From Rhizophagus irregularis (Eukaryota), in assembly GCF_026210795.1 (NCBI RefSeq), contig NC_089432.1, positions 2,728,001 through 2,792,000 on the forward strand: a stretch of DNA of 64,000 nt, written 5' to 3'. Position numbers and translations under genes: made by a program. Numbering within the stretch: the stretch's first letter is position 1; each line of letters begins with the position of its first letter. Positions 26,645 through 40,059 of this stretch are shown here, piece by piece. A model generated the notes under the pieces. It had not been told where the DNA came from and made no database searches. It saw only the letters and a list, made by a program, of their open reading frames with translations.

Positions 26645-28460
26645 TTTAGATATCGTTAAGTACAAAAAATTTTTTAGAGTAGAGTTAATTTACGTAAAAA
26701 AGGTTAAGGTTTTCTTAAAAAAAAAAAAAATTGTACTACTTGGTGTTTTAAATGAGGCACGTTACAAAAATGAAGTCATACTCATGCAGGAAAAAAAATT
26801 AGTAATGAGCAACAATGTCCTACGTAAGACCCGTTCGCAATTTTGATGTTGCACAACAACTGGCAATTTTTATAGAGACTATCTATTTACATATTAAATA
26901 TGTTAAATACATTTTTAAAAATGTTTTTTTTTTTATTAATTATTATAATGGTGTAGTAGCCGAAAAACGGAGCCGAATTCCTAATTGCCGATCATCCGGA
27001 CCCGGTTTAATCGCAGAAAATCCCCTGAAATTCCACGACGATCTACGCCTGAGCTGGGTCCGGATCACTTTGCGGGCATGATAGTATAAATTAAATATTT
27101 TGTATTTAGCGTTTATTATATTATTAAATATATTGAATAATTGATATTAACAAAAAAATACAAAAAATAATCAATGAATCTTATATAAAGTTGTCAGTGA
27201 AATAACCATCGATGAAACAATTGTAGGTGAAATAGGTGAAATGATCTTGTCTGTAAAATGATTGGTCGTGAAGTTAATTGTCGATGAGACGATTTTCGAT
27301 GAAATAAATGCATCTCGAAATCTAGACTCTTTTTTGCAACTTTATTAGTTAAAACTCGTTTAGAAATTACATAATATCTTACCTATGAAAATATAGAATA
27401 TATATAACCAAAACACTAATAGTTTATATCAGCTAAAATTTCAAAACAACAAAAACTATTAATATTTCTATTTTTCAACTGATAATTATGTGCTCCTCCA
27501 AAAACATTTTCCTATGCTCTTCCCTTTTATTATTATTTTTGGCTGATCCATTATCTATTTTATTATAAATGATTATTAATTTTGACTGATCCATTATCTA
27601 TTTTTATTTTTATTTTTATTTTTCAACAATGGGGTAATACAAATCTGGGATCTGAGCACAAAACACTACCGGTAACAGTATAAACCCAACTCTCACGAGA
27701 CTATAATTTATAAAAAACACTAGGCGTGACCAGTGCTGTTAGAGACAATAAAAGAAAAACGAACAAAATTACAAATTGAGAATTCTAACTAAACTAATCA
27801 TTCGTATTTTTTTTTTATCTAACGTACGATACTTTATGTAAATATTGTCAGGTATAGAATGATGCATTTTTTATCAAGTCCGGAATTGTTTGTAATGGTG
27901 AGTTAGCAGTTGTGTGCGGGCGTAGGTGGCAAGTAATTCGTCTCTTGCATTTCCATAGCCGAGATGTAGGATACGTCGTTCATGGTAGTGTGTGATGAAT
28001 TGTCTGGCGGTAGAGTTCTTCTGAAAAAAGTGTTTGGATCGTTAATAATAGGTTGTTGTTTAGGGTGAGATAACCTAATGTGAAAAATTTTTTATAGGAA
28101 TTCTTTGTAGTAGACTCGTTCTGTCACGGTCCCCTTATGTTCTGTTTTTTGTTCCATGATGTTTTTATGAGCTGGCACTTTATTACCAAGGCCAAATTTG
28201 TATTTTCGAATCGTAACGTTATAACTAATCCTAAGACGATTAGAATGAATTTCTTTAACGTTCGATTTTTTCTTCCTAGAGTGTTTAGTGACTTTTTTTT
28301 TTTAATGTTCTGCGTAAAAACTTGGGTCTTGTTTCGAGAGTGTGATGACATCAATAAGATATGCGAGATGAGAGCCGCAGCGCCATCGACATTGAGACAC
28401 AACGAAGGCGCTGGGATAAACACAAGAGTTTTGTAAACAATGCATATAAAAACCCAGGAT

Positions 28461-28605
28461 ATGAATTCCGTGCAAATTCCGTACCCAAACCATATTTTTA
28501 GTGATACGGAATTGTGCATTTTTCCGTATTCTATTATGATACGTTATTTCTAAGGAAAAAAATCGTATAAAAACTTTATAAAACGTATCCAATTTTTTTA
28601 TAGGG
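28461..28605 (-). mobile_element. Terminal segment of the CACTA-like element family also seen at 57135
   Basis: Near-identical inverted copy of ~57135-57280, ending TTTTTTTATAGGG. Partner end not found. Confidence 0.8.
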
Positions 28606-29196
28606 AATATGAGCCCTTTATGGAAAAAAAGATGAAATATTAAAAATGGATCGACTTTTTTTACAGGACCTTGAAAAATTAGTTTTTGTCGGCGGAAGAG
28701 TATCTTCAATCACCTATAAGGGAATCCTTACTAGTTTAGAAATTTATGGAATGTGGATCATGGAATCGTAAATATATTATTCAATAACATGATTGAAATG
28801 AGTAAAAACCGGTAACGGGTTAGTTCAAATATATTATAACAGATTAGTTCATTTAAATGTTTTAATAATTATTTTTTAAAAAAATAATAATTTTATTACG
28901 AAAAGTATTAATACCAAATTGATAAATATTAGTTATGTTTTTCGAAAATAATAATAAAAATCATGAAGTTATTACAATGAGTAATTTGATTATAGTTATG
29001 AATTACACTACATTAAATTTGCCACAGAGAAATTTTGGTAAAATTTTTTTGGTAAATAATTTTTCGAAAAATTAAAAATTTTTGTATTAATTATTAATGA
29101 TGTCATATTTCTAGAAAATAATTAATTATGCAACTAGAGAAACAGATTTAATTGGTTCACATCTTCAACATACTGAGATAATATCCAAATAAACGA

Positions 29197-29636
29197 TTAA
29201 GGCTTACAAGTTACTTGATCAAATTTCCAATCATCAACACTGCCTGTTATAACAAAACAGGCACCCGCATTAAAAGGTCCCCGTATTTTCTTTTTCTCGA
29301 AACTACCTAAAACTTTAGCATAAACCGTGTACGTTTCATCTGGAAACGTAAGGTATTGATGGAAATTCGGGCCATAGTTATCGTAACTACAATCACTGTA
29401 GTGTTTGCTACCGGCTATGCGGTAACCATTTGAATCCTCTACCCAAATTCTACAACTGCAGAGAGTCAAAGCCAATTCCGTGTCGGTACTATATGCTATA
29501 AATTAAACCAAAAAGTTGAATCATTAGAAAAGAGAATGGAGAACATATTATTAAATGTAAGGACTTTACCTTTAATGTCCATTATATAGAAACACATGAA
29601 AATGACAGTAAGAAGGTAAAAGCTTTGAAATTTCAT
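29197..29636 (-). CDS. Small secreted cysteine-containing protein (121 aa), candidate effector
   Basis: Exon 1 29636-29570 (MKFQSFYLLTVIFMCFYIMDIK, signal-peptide-like), phase-1 GT-AG intron 29569-29496, exon 2 29495-29197 in frame with the 92-aa ORF. Five Cys in the mature part. Confidence 0.85.
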
Positions 29637-31886
29637 ATTAGTTAATAACTTTTTTCAGTTGGTAGACCTGGAGGAGTATTAGTTTGAGTAGTTGTGGCGG
29701 TAGAAATGAATGTTGAAGGTTTAGCCTATTTTAATGCTTCAATTTGGGAGTTTCAATCTCTGCTTCTTTTTCTAAACGTAAGTTGATTCTGTAAAACAAA
29801 TTTTGGTGGCAGTGGTAAAGTTATATATATAATTTCAAAACCTAGATTTTCAATGATTTTCTGCCAAGAGCTATGACTTGGCTTGATTCGCTTTGTCCAT
29901 TTGAATCAATCTATAATTGACAATAAAATTCGCACATCCTGTTCAAAGGAGTATAGAGTTCTTTTTTTAAAAAATAGATTTATCATAGTATTTTAGTTAA
30001 ATAATAATAGTTAAATAAGTAAATCTAATTTTATCTTTTATTCATTATTCTGTGTTTATTATTATTTATTATTGTTTTTTTTGAAATAGGAGCGCGGACA
30101 ACCTTGCCACGTGAATAAAGTTAGCCTAATAACCAAAAGTAATAAAAATAAATTTTCTCCTTATCTATTACCATTGATAGTCTCCCAAATATCAATAAAA
30201 AAACCCCCCGTTTCTTATTATTTATTTTGCTCAATTTTTTATGAATTTTGCTATATTTAGGATATCAAAATTTTTTATACTCATTTAAATGATTTTAGTT
30301 TTACAATACTGACAGCATTTTACCGACATGAAAATTACCTTAATAGTTCCTTACTGCGTTTTAATTTCAAATTATTTGATTAAAATTCATATTACACTTC
30401 GTGATTTCGAAGTTAGTTTTCTTTGTGAATAGTTAAACAAAAATGCAGATTATTCCTAACTATCATATAATTCATACCATATCAACAAATGAAAATATGA
30501 TCTGTTAACTGGAAAAATATAACATAACCGATACATTACAAAGAAATCAACTTATCAAGCATTTATTATTGGTAATCAGATTTTCCTCTTATTTTTAAGG
30601 ATTATGGTGCCTTTCCGAAAAAAACAATCCCAAGTCATCAAATTATTACGAACCCACATAAAGTAAACATGCATTTTATACGAACCGAAAACAAATATTG
30701 TATTTTTACTTACCAAAAACGGTTAAAAAAGTGATCCCTATTAAAACGAAATGTATATTTGTGCTCGTGTAATAAATGTCTAAATAAGCACCATTTTGTC
30801 GCAAAATGGTACTTTTTTAGACGTTTTGCACACATGAACATAAATATGAAACGAATTAGGGTTAGGCTGTTAGGAGTATCCTCCGATCCAAACTTTTCGC
30901 TGAAATCAATTTCACAGAAACGCATATTGCTGAAGCATGTTTCGCCGAATTGCCATTTTCCCGAATAGACATTTTACCGAAGGCCATTTCGCCAAAACCA
31001 TTCCGGTGGAGGGACTGGAATTTGGAACCGGTTGCACAAACCGGTTGTAAATTCGGTTTCCAACAATGATTCGGTTTCATTTTTTTTTTTTTTTTTTGAA
31101 CCATGATCACGTGATCATTTGTGACCGACATGAAAATTCCTAATTCGGAACTACGTTACTACGTATAAAAAAATTGACCCAGAATTATGAATTTGGCTGA
31201 AATTATGGTTTGCTTTGTAAAAATCGGGTTGAATCGGGTTGAATCAGGTCAATCCGGCTGTACCCGTTTTAAATTTAGTTTGCGAAAATACAACTGGCAC
31301 GTTTTTAAAATAAATTAAAAACACGCGAAACTCGCTTCGGCCTCTAACGGTTCTCGTCACTAGTTATTAATTAATTCTCAAAAAGTTATCATATTTATTA
31401 ATAAAAAAGAATCTGTTCTATTCGTCTATTGTATCCTTTTTTAATTGTTTAGATTATTAAAAAAAATTTTCGTAATTGTATGTTGATCATTTTAGCATGA
31501 CCTGACGAAAAAAAAGGATCTCTTGACAATTATAATTATGCCTTTTGTTCTTAAGAAAATCTTAGATAATTATTTACTATTAATTGCAAAAAAAAAAAAT
31601 CTCATATTTAATAAAAAAGAATCTATCCTATTGTACTCTATCTTTTTAATTATTCAAAATAATTGATTAAATACATTTTCTAAACAATAACTTGATCATC
31701 ATTCAAGATTATAAGAAAAAAATCATATACTTTTTAAACATCATAAATTTAGATTACAAATTTTTTTAAAAAGAGAGAATTCATATCATTTTTTTGGTTT
31801 AGTTAAGGCCATTTTAAACTAATAATTAGTTTAACGTCTTTTATGGCTGAAAATTTGAGGGGGAAGGGAACAATTTCAGGTAATGA

Positions 31887-32496
31887 GGTATCCGGACTTT
31901 TCGCTGAAGTCTATTTCATCGAAACCATTTCGCCGAAGGGATATTATTTCACCGAAGGGATATTTCGCCGAATGGACATTTTGTCGAATGGACATTTCGC
32001 CGTTAAATTATTTATTCCATTTGGCTATTTTATTATTTTTATACTAAATACACAAAGAAATCTTTTCTAGAAAAATTTTTGAATTAGCTAATTTTTATTA
32101 AATTTGTCTTGTTGTTTATAATATATTGATCATTTTTTACTGAATAAATGTTTTTAGGAAAATAAGTTATTTATTTATTGCTTAACAATTAATATCAGTT
32201 AATTGAATGTTAAAGAGATAATATCCTGGAAAAAAAAATTTTTTAATTTTTATTTTCATTGCGTGATGAATATTATTTAATCGCTACCATCTTCGGCGAA
32301 ATGTCCATTTAGCGAAATGGGATTCAGTGAAATAGAATTTGGCGAAATAGAAGATACGGTGAATGGATTCGATAAAATACACTTTTGCAAAATATCCTCT
32401 CAGCGAAACATCACTTCAGTGATACATCCCTTCGGCGAAATGGCTTTGGCGAAATGGGTTTCGATGATATGGATTTCGACGAAATGTACCGTAACC
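31887..32496. mobile_element. Foldback/MULE-like non-autonomous element with TIRs built of ~15-bp TTTCGCCGAA units
   Basis: Arrays at 31887-32002 and 32292-32496 face each other in inverted orientation. Related arms at ~30890-31002 and 37130-37235. No TSD recognised. Confidence 0.6.
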
Positions 32497-33995
32497 ATTG
32501 AATAGTATAGTATTACAATTAAGTAATTATGTTTAACTAACTTGAAATTGCCTTTATTCAGAACGTGAATATTAATTAAACAACAAGTAATTATAGAATT
32601 TGTATTTTTAGAACTTTGTATTTTAGATTTTTTTTTTCTGCGATATATGTAAATTGTGATTAATCTTTATTGGCTCATTTAAAATTAATTATCACGTGAA
32701 ATCAGAAATTTTTATTGGTGATCATCATGTGAAATCTAACCAATAAACGGATTTTTAACCATTGATAGGATTCAAGGTGAATGGATGGATTTTGGGTCGC
32801 ATCACCAAATGCACATGTTAAAAAAGAATTATTTAATAAAAATATTAGTAAAAATTAAATGTAATTATTTAATTGTTAAACATAATAAAAAAACATATCA
32901 GATATTCTGTTGCATCTTTTTTTTTTTTTTGAATAACAATTCCTTGTAATCCATATTCGGATAATATTAGATAATATTAGTGCCTATGCGGAATGTAATC
33001 TCTAAGATCAACTATGGAGTAAAATTAGTACGATCAGATAATAAACCTTACCACCCTATTAAACTTAATTTTTTTCTTTTTTTTTATTAATGACGTATTA
33101 TAAATCTTTTTTGGTAACTTTCCGAATAAGAAAATAAATACGGGTATGTTAAATCTAAACAAGGTAAGTATATTTTAGTAATTTTAAACATTTTTGCCAA
33201 GTGGAAATATTAGAAGAAAATTCCAAATGGAAATAATTTCAAAAAGTTAAACTCCAAATGAGGAAACACTCAAAAGTCAAACCTCAAATGGAAATCGCTC
33301 AAAAATTATTTTTACTTTAACTGTTATTCAAGTTACTTAAAGTCGCCAAATTAGCTTATTATCTATTGTAATTAGGGTAAATCTTTTTAACTTCTTCGAT
33401 AAAAATGTTATTAGGGATACATTTTGAAAATATTAATAATAATTAATACATAATTTGAATTTTTTTTAGTAAAAAAAATTTCTCGCTGTGAAGAAGAAAT
33501 GATACTAGAATTTACAATAAATAAAGTAAAAATTATTCATAACACAAAAAAAAAATCAAAAATTTTTTATTGACGCGATACATATTTTTTTTTCACGATC
33601 ACTCGTACCCAAAATTGGTTTTTTTATCTTGCATAATTATTAGGAGCATATTGTTTTCATTATAAAGGAAAAATCTTCGAATTTACAAGATGCTTCACAA
33701 CCCAGAGAATTATATTTAAAAAGAAAATTATTTTCAGGAATGTTACTGCATTTTTAGCCAAACATGGATAATCAAATCATTAGATATCGAAAGGATATAT
33801 TTTAAAAAAAGATGCAAGTATTCGCTCATCCAGATAGTAAGAAATTTATAAGATTGAAAGCTTTAGCTCATATCTAATTTTGAAATAATTTAATATCAAA
33901 TGAATTATTAAAACTTTTATTTGAAATCTATTTAACTACAGGAAACATCCAATTTTTTGTCACATGATAAAATCGTCATGAATTATATATGATAT

Positions 33996-35540
33996 TCATC
34001 CTTGTAAATAATCAATAAGATTACTATTTACAGAACGATTAGTTTCGTCAGATATACTTAAATAATAAAAATTTCGAACTTCAACATTATGTAACTTAAA
34101 TTCCTTTACTATATCTTCCGAATCATACAAATCTCCATTATTAATGCTTCTGATAGCTAAATACTTGACTCTTTTTTCATTCATAATAAATTCCTTTGTA
34201 TAACTTAAAATATCATCCCAACCTATTTGCCTTATTAATAATTTATTAATAAAAGTATTTTGGGAATTTTGTAAGAATATTCTAAATTCACTTCTCTTAA
34301 TACTAAGCGTCAGACTTAAATATTCTAATTTAGAAGGGAGAGCTTGACCTAAATTTTGTAATATGGTTGAACTACCTTTAATATTATCATAATCATCTGT
34401 CCTAATATCAATTGAAAGATAATTAAGATTTTGTCTAATAATATTTTCGATTATATTGAAAATTCGATAAGTAATAATCTGACTTTCATATCCATTAAAT
34501 TCAAGAAATTTGAGATTTTTACAATATTTTATAATTAATTCTGAATATCGTTCAAATCCAAATTTACACCCAAAATTTTCTAAATAACTTCCAGATTTTT
34601 GTAATACTAATTCCATTGATTGGATTGACATTAAACCATCCGTAAATAAAGATTTTAATATAAATGGTTTAGTTAATTTATTAATTTGTAGAGAAAAATT
34701 CTCATCTAAAGAATAACAATAAATAATATGAACAGATTCCAAAACATTTAATTGTTTGAATATGTCACTAACAAAATGCATCAAATTGGCTCGATAGAAT
34801 GTAATTGTTTTTAAGGTATTTGAACAATTAAAATCTTTTAATAATAATAATGAGTGGTCTGATTTAAATCTAATATATCCTGTTAATAAAAATTTTTTTG
34901 GATTTTGATGTGATTTAATTAATAATTGTAACATATAATCATTAGAAGAATTACACCCATTAACCCAATCATGTCCAAGATATTTTAGATTTCTAATATT
35001 ATGAATGAAATTTGGATTTTTTAAAATTAATTTAACAATATCACCATAAATTGTGCTACTATAAGGATTGTAAATCTCAATTTCAAGGGTATGTAATTTT
35101 ATTTCATTTTCGATAAACATTTTAAATAATGATGTACATATATCATTCAATATTTTATGTCTAATTTCGAAGGTTGAAGTTTTAATAACAACTTTAAGCC
35201 ACTTTTCAAAAGATAAAATAAACTTACGTATATTCAAATATTTTAAAAACATAAAATAATTGAAGAATGTATTTGAAGGTAATGAATTATTAATAATATT
35301 ATATTCTTTTAGTTGTGTTTTAATATCATCATTTAAATATTGTAAGTAAATTTCTAAATAATTATAGTTTCTGATACAGATTGAAAATGGGTTTTCCCAT
35401 AATAATGGAGCAGCTAAACGACACCATAATCTGTTAACTAAAACGCATGAATATAAAGTTGAAAAATCATTATGAAAATATTTTATAACTTCATATGTTA
35501 ATTCTGGTAAATCTCCTAAAAATATTTTTGAACATGACAT
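33996..35540 (-). CDS. F-box-like / LRR-like protein 1 (514 aa, intronless)
   Basis: N-terminal LPELTYEVIKYF..TLYSCVLVNRLWCRLA.PLLW F-box-like motif followed by LxxLxL-type repeats. Confidence 0.88.
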   Translation of the reverse strand: MSCSKIFLGDLPELTYEVIKYFHNDFSTLYSCVLVNRLWCRLAAPLLWENPFSICIRNYNYLEIYLQYLNDDIKTQLKEYNIINNSLPSNTFFNYFMFLKYLNIRKFILSFEKWLKVVIKTSTFEIRHKILNDICTSLFKMFIENEIKLHTLEIEIYNPYSSTIYGDIVKLILKNPNFIHNIRNLKYLGHDWVNGCNSSNDYMLQLLIKSHQNPKKFLLTGYIRFKSDHSLLLLKDFNCSNTLKTITFYRANLMHFVSDIFKQLNVLESVHIIYCYSLDENFSLQINKLTKPFILKSLFTDGLMSIQSMELVLQKSGSYLENFGCKFGFERYSELIIKYCKNLKFLEFNGYESQIITYRIFNIIENIIRQNLNYLSIDIRTDDYDNIKGSSTILQNLGQALPSKLEYLSLTLSIKRSEFRIFLQNSQNTFINKLLIRQIGWDDILSYTKEFIMNEKRVKYLAIRSINNGDLYDSEDIVKEFKLHNVEVRNFYYLSISDETNRSVNSNLIDYLQG

Positions 35541-35625
35541 ATTGTAAAACGAAAGAAGGGAGAGAGAGGTAATCGTGTATCACATTTACATATTGTGTAA
35601 ATATAACTTTCGGAATGATGATCCT

Positions 35626-35642
35626 GATATTGTCGCACAATT
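35626..35642. promoter_or_regulatory. Conserved 17-bp motif GATATTGTCGCACAATT (other copies 41727-41743, 63799-63815)
   Basis: Identical in three F-box paralogs, 85-87 bp upstream of the ATG. Core is the inverted repeat ATTGT-CGC-ACAAT. Confidence 0.65.
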
Positions 35643-38600
35643 TTCGCCAATTTTGTGTAACAATCATAACGTAATTATATGTCAATCAGCGATTGTCCCA
35701 CTTTAATAATTCTGGTCAAAATTATAATTAGCCAGAGTTAAAGTTTTGATTACACCGAGGCCAAATGTTATTATAGATTGTATACATAAAGAAAATACTA
35801 AAAATTTCCAATTTATGAAATTAATCATAATTTAGTGATAAACTGTTATATTATCGTCAGTCAACATCCGTAATATGAATCTAATGATCAAATTGTCAGT
35901 GTTCATTACACTAATATAAATTTGGCAAAGTATATAATTCAGATTAAATATGACCAGATTTATTTTAATAATTTGTTCTTCAACTATTTACATATATTTA
36001 AATCAAAATCTTGAAAATTCAAAAAAAAAAAAAATTTTTTTAAATTAAATATTAAAACTTTTTTTTATGATTATTTGAATTAAGTATTATGCATTTATGA
36101 TTTTTTAAAAAATTCAACTTTTTTAACACACGTTATTAATCAAATTCATCCGTCCTAGACAGTCTACATAGAAATATCTGTACTTCAGTAGGAAAAATGG
36201 CCTCTATTCCGCTTTTTCTAAAGATAACAGAAGCTAAATTAGCTAAATTTGAGAATAAAATAGATTTCGGTTATAGAAACTAATCTAGTCTTGAATTGGC
36301 TGATTGGATTAAAACCAAATTTTTCAGTCCTTAACCGATTTTACTGCACCACTAATATTTAGAGGCGCAACTCAGAGAATTTTCAAAGACCAGTCAGGAC
36401 TGATTAAGGGCGCAGGGCTGAGTTGACTTTACTTTGAATTGAAATTGATGCCGATCGACCAAAATTTTTTGCCCAACTTAGAAAATTTAAAATGTAACAA
36501 GATATATTGCGTAAATTATGTAATTACCATAATCATGATTTGCATTTAATATTTAATTTATTAAATTTATTAAAAAGAATTGAGTATCAGGATGGAAAAT
36601 GTTCAAATTATTAAAAATTATTGAGAAATTGAAACTGAAGAAAGTTGTAAGTCCATTTGTGTTTAGTCATGTGTAAACTCATCACGAACTCACCATGAAT
36701 CAGGTCACATTTTATGGGAGCTACGGGTGGTCAGCCTTAATGCAGAATGAGAAATTAATATACAAGAAAACAAAATTTTTTAAAAGCAAGGATTACTCCA
36801 GTTAAATGAATTAAAGATATTCACTTTTCCATAAGGCTTATACTGGCTTATTCATAAATTCTCGAATTAACCAGATCTGGATATCTCTATGAGTAATTGA
36901 ATTGAAACAATATTTTGAATAATCATGTAACAATTACTTTTAATTTCATATATTCGTAAACTTGTAAAATTACATACACTTTTTTTTGTGATAAAACGAA
37001 TTACTTTATTTATATACAAAAAATTAAAATAAAACTGGAATTTAAATATAAATTTAACTAATTTACATGTTCCTTCAATACCACACCTCCATCATATCCA
37101 ATGTAATACATGTATTTACTACATAAATTGGTTACGGTATATTTCACCAAAGTTTATTCTACTAAAACCCATTTTACCGAGGCCATTTCTCTGAATCCTT
37201 CTCCTGAATCATTCGTTTCATTGAAGGACATTCTGGATACCAAATTACAATTCGTTAATATTATTACCAACTATATTATTAATTACATTATCTATTTTAA
37301 TTTTTTTTTATGATTTCATTTTTTTCTAAATTATTTCATTTCTGCCCCCATCACCTTCAAATCCATCATCTAATTTTGATCGTCATGTAACTTTCTTTTA
37401 TCTTTCCACTCTATATTGTAACAGATACTCATAACAAATGAATTTGTTAATTGATCTAGGTGTTAGATTTTTTGCCCATTAATCATAACATCCATCAATG
37501 TTGATATTATTCCATTTCAAATTAAACTTATTTACTAGCATACTGTTCCATATTATCCCTATATCTTCTAAATTAAGATATTCCTCATATAACTTTTTCT
37601 TCATAGCTTCCGTTTTAATATTATAATCTTCGTCCTTATATTTAAATGACGTTGAAAAAAAAACCTGTAACTTTTTTCTTCTATCAATTGCTTCAAAATT
37701 TTAATGACATATAATTTTTGTAATCAATGAATTTCTTTTCTAGATCATTATAGACAATATGAACTTGATTAGTGATTACTGTATCCACTGTATTACTGTC
37801 TGAATAATTCATATAAATGTCACTTTTGAACTTTTGCGCTATACAAAATATTATCCCTTTAAATTATATATATTTATAAATTTTCAAATAAATTTGATGT
37901 TACATAATTGCTAAAGCTTAACTACGAAAATTTACTTATTCTAGGCCTATGTAATTATAGATAAATCTGCTTTTAAAAAAATTATGATTAGCAAAAAATG
38001 AACATATTATAATTAAATTGTTAGTATATAAATTAAAACAGATAAATCTGGACAATAAGAAAATGAATAAATATTCACTATTTACATTTATCATTAGGTG
38101 GCTCTTTCTTGGCATAGTGACATGGTGGAGTGCTGCTCATTTAATAACACTATTCTTGTGGCTGATAGAAAGATAGATGATTCTCCGATTATTATTAATG
38201 CTGGTTAGTCCGTGAAATTGTCAATGTTAATGTTATTTAATCTAAAAAAAAAGAAAAAAGTGAGTACTATTGAACCAAATAACATGAATGTTTGGCATGG
38301 TAACAGAACAAATTTCTTTGCAGGTAATGCCTATGCCTAGGTTTAGACACTACACTCATCAGGTTTTTCCCATAACAGAAAGCTAATTTCAGCCCTGCAC
38401 CAAGTACTCTTACCCTGATGCCTGTTATCCATGCAGCAAAACCAAGACACACAATTTATTTGTGATACTAGGAATTCCTGAAATCAGAGAAGGACGTTCA
38501 CAGTAGGCTGTCTGAGACTGCGTAACTGTGGCCACGATGTGCTTCCAGTTCTCTGATAATATATATATAAATGTATATATATATTGAAACTCCTAATAAA

Positions 38601-40059
38601 AATAAATCCATTAGAAGATATCACAATATTGGAGGTTCATAATTGTTCCTCCTTCAGAACAAAAGACCTCACATGACCCGTGAGAAAGGTACATAATTAT
38701 TCCTCCTGTATAGAACAATAGTTCTCACATCTTTGTCATGCTATGGTGGTCTGGGAATTGCCTTCTCAAACAAGCATGAAAATTAAAGATAAATAGTACC
38801 TTAATTAAAACTGATTATTATAGTTTTTCAAGTCCAACAATAAAAAAGATTTCAGAGCTAAAAGATGGTGAGATCTTTAGTTCACCACCCTTTACTTCCT
38901 CCACTTGTTCTTAATTTCACTGCTTCGTCACTTCCTCTCCTCTTTGGTTGTTGGTGGGAGGGTTGCGTAGCATAAAAGGACAGGTTTTGTGGATAAGTTG
39001 TCTAAAGTAGAAACGTGACATACTGTTTGTTTAAAATTATTTTTATTATTATTAAGTATTTCAATAATTTTCGTGTAATCCATACTAATAATACTATAGG
39101 TTTTTTAGATTTTTTATAAAAAAAAAAATATGAAAGCAAGTAAAGCAAGTGTAAAACGTAAAACGCGAAACGCGTCAATCAAAAAATAACATCTGAAATT
39201 TAACGGTCAGCCTGACCACGTGATACATCCAATCAAAAATCAATTTCAGACGTGACATCTACAACATATAATGAGTCATAGTCGTGACTTGAATGATCGC
39301 TTACGTCATACATAATATGAAATATAAATTTATCCCTTTTAACATAAAATCAAACATTACATTTTTTTAAAAAAACCGTTTTGCTATGGTGGCAATATAC
39401 TATTCAACATTTTTATTATACGAATTAGTAACGTAGATTTTCAAAAATTAGTATCTAATCCAAAGGTGATTATATACAACAAAACTTACTAGAGTAATAA
39501 AAAATCTCACCGGAAATTAATTTCTAAAAACTCCATCGTTAAAATTTTTCTATTCCTTTGGGCCTACCCTTATCCCTGTTATTCCCATTTCGTAATGTAT
39601 TATTGAATGTAATTATTGCATAATTAGATAGTGCTGAATGTACAGATTCTAATTTCATTATGATTATATTTTATGATGAAAACAATACTTAAATCTTATT
39701 TTTTCCTGTAAAAAAGTTGATCCGTTTCTTATATTCCATCTTTTTCCGTAAAAGGTTCATATTTCTGGAATTAATAACCTTATATCATGGAATTAATCGA
39801 ATTGTTTATATTTTCCGAGAATGCAAAGCGTATATGGGAAGGTAAAAGCAAAACATTAGTTTATACTAATAACGGGTAACGTCAAATTACTGTATCACAA
39901 ATAAAGAATTTTGGATTTTTGGACTGATAAAAACAATGATAATCTCAATATTAAAACAAATGAATATTTTATTTAGAATAAGTAAGATTATAACAACTTT
40001 ATCGTAATACAAAAGAATATTCATATCTAATATTTTTTTCAATTATTATTACTAAATAA

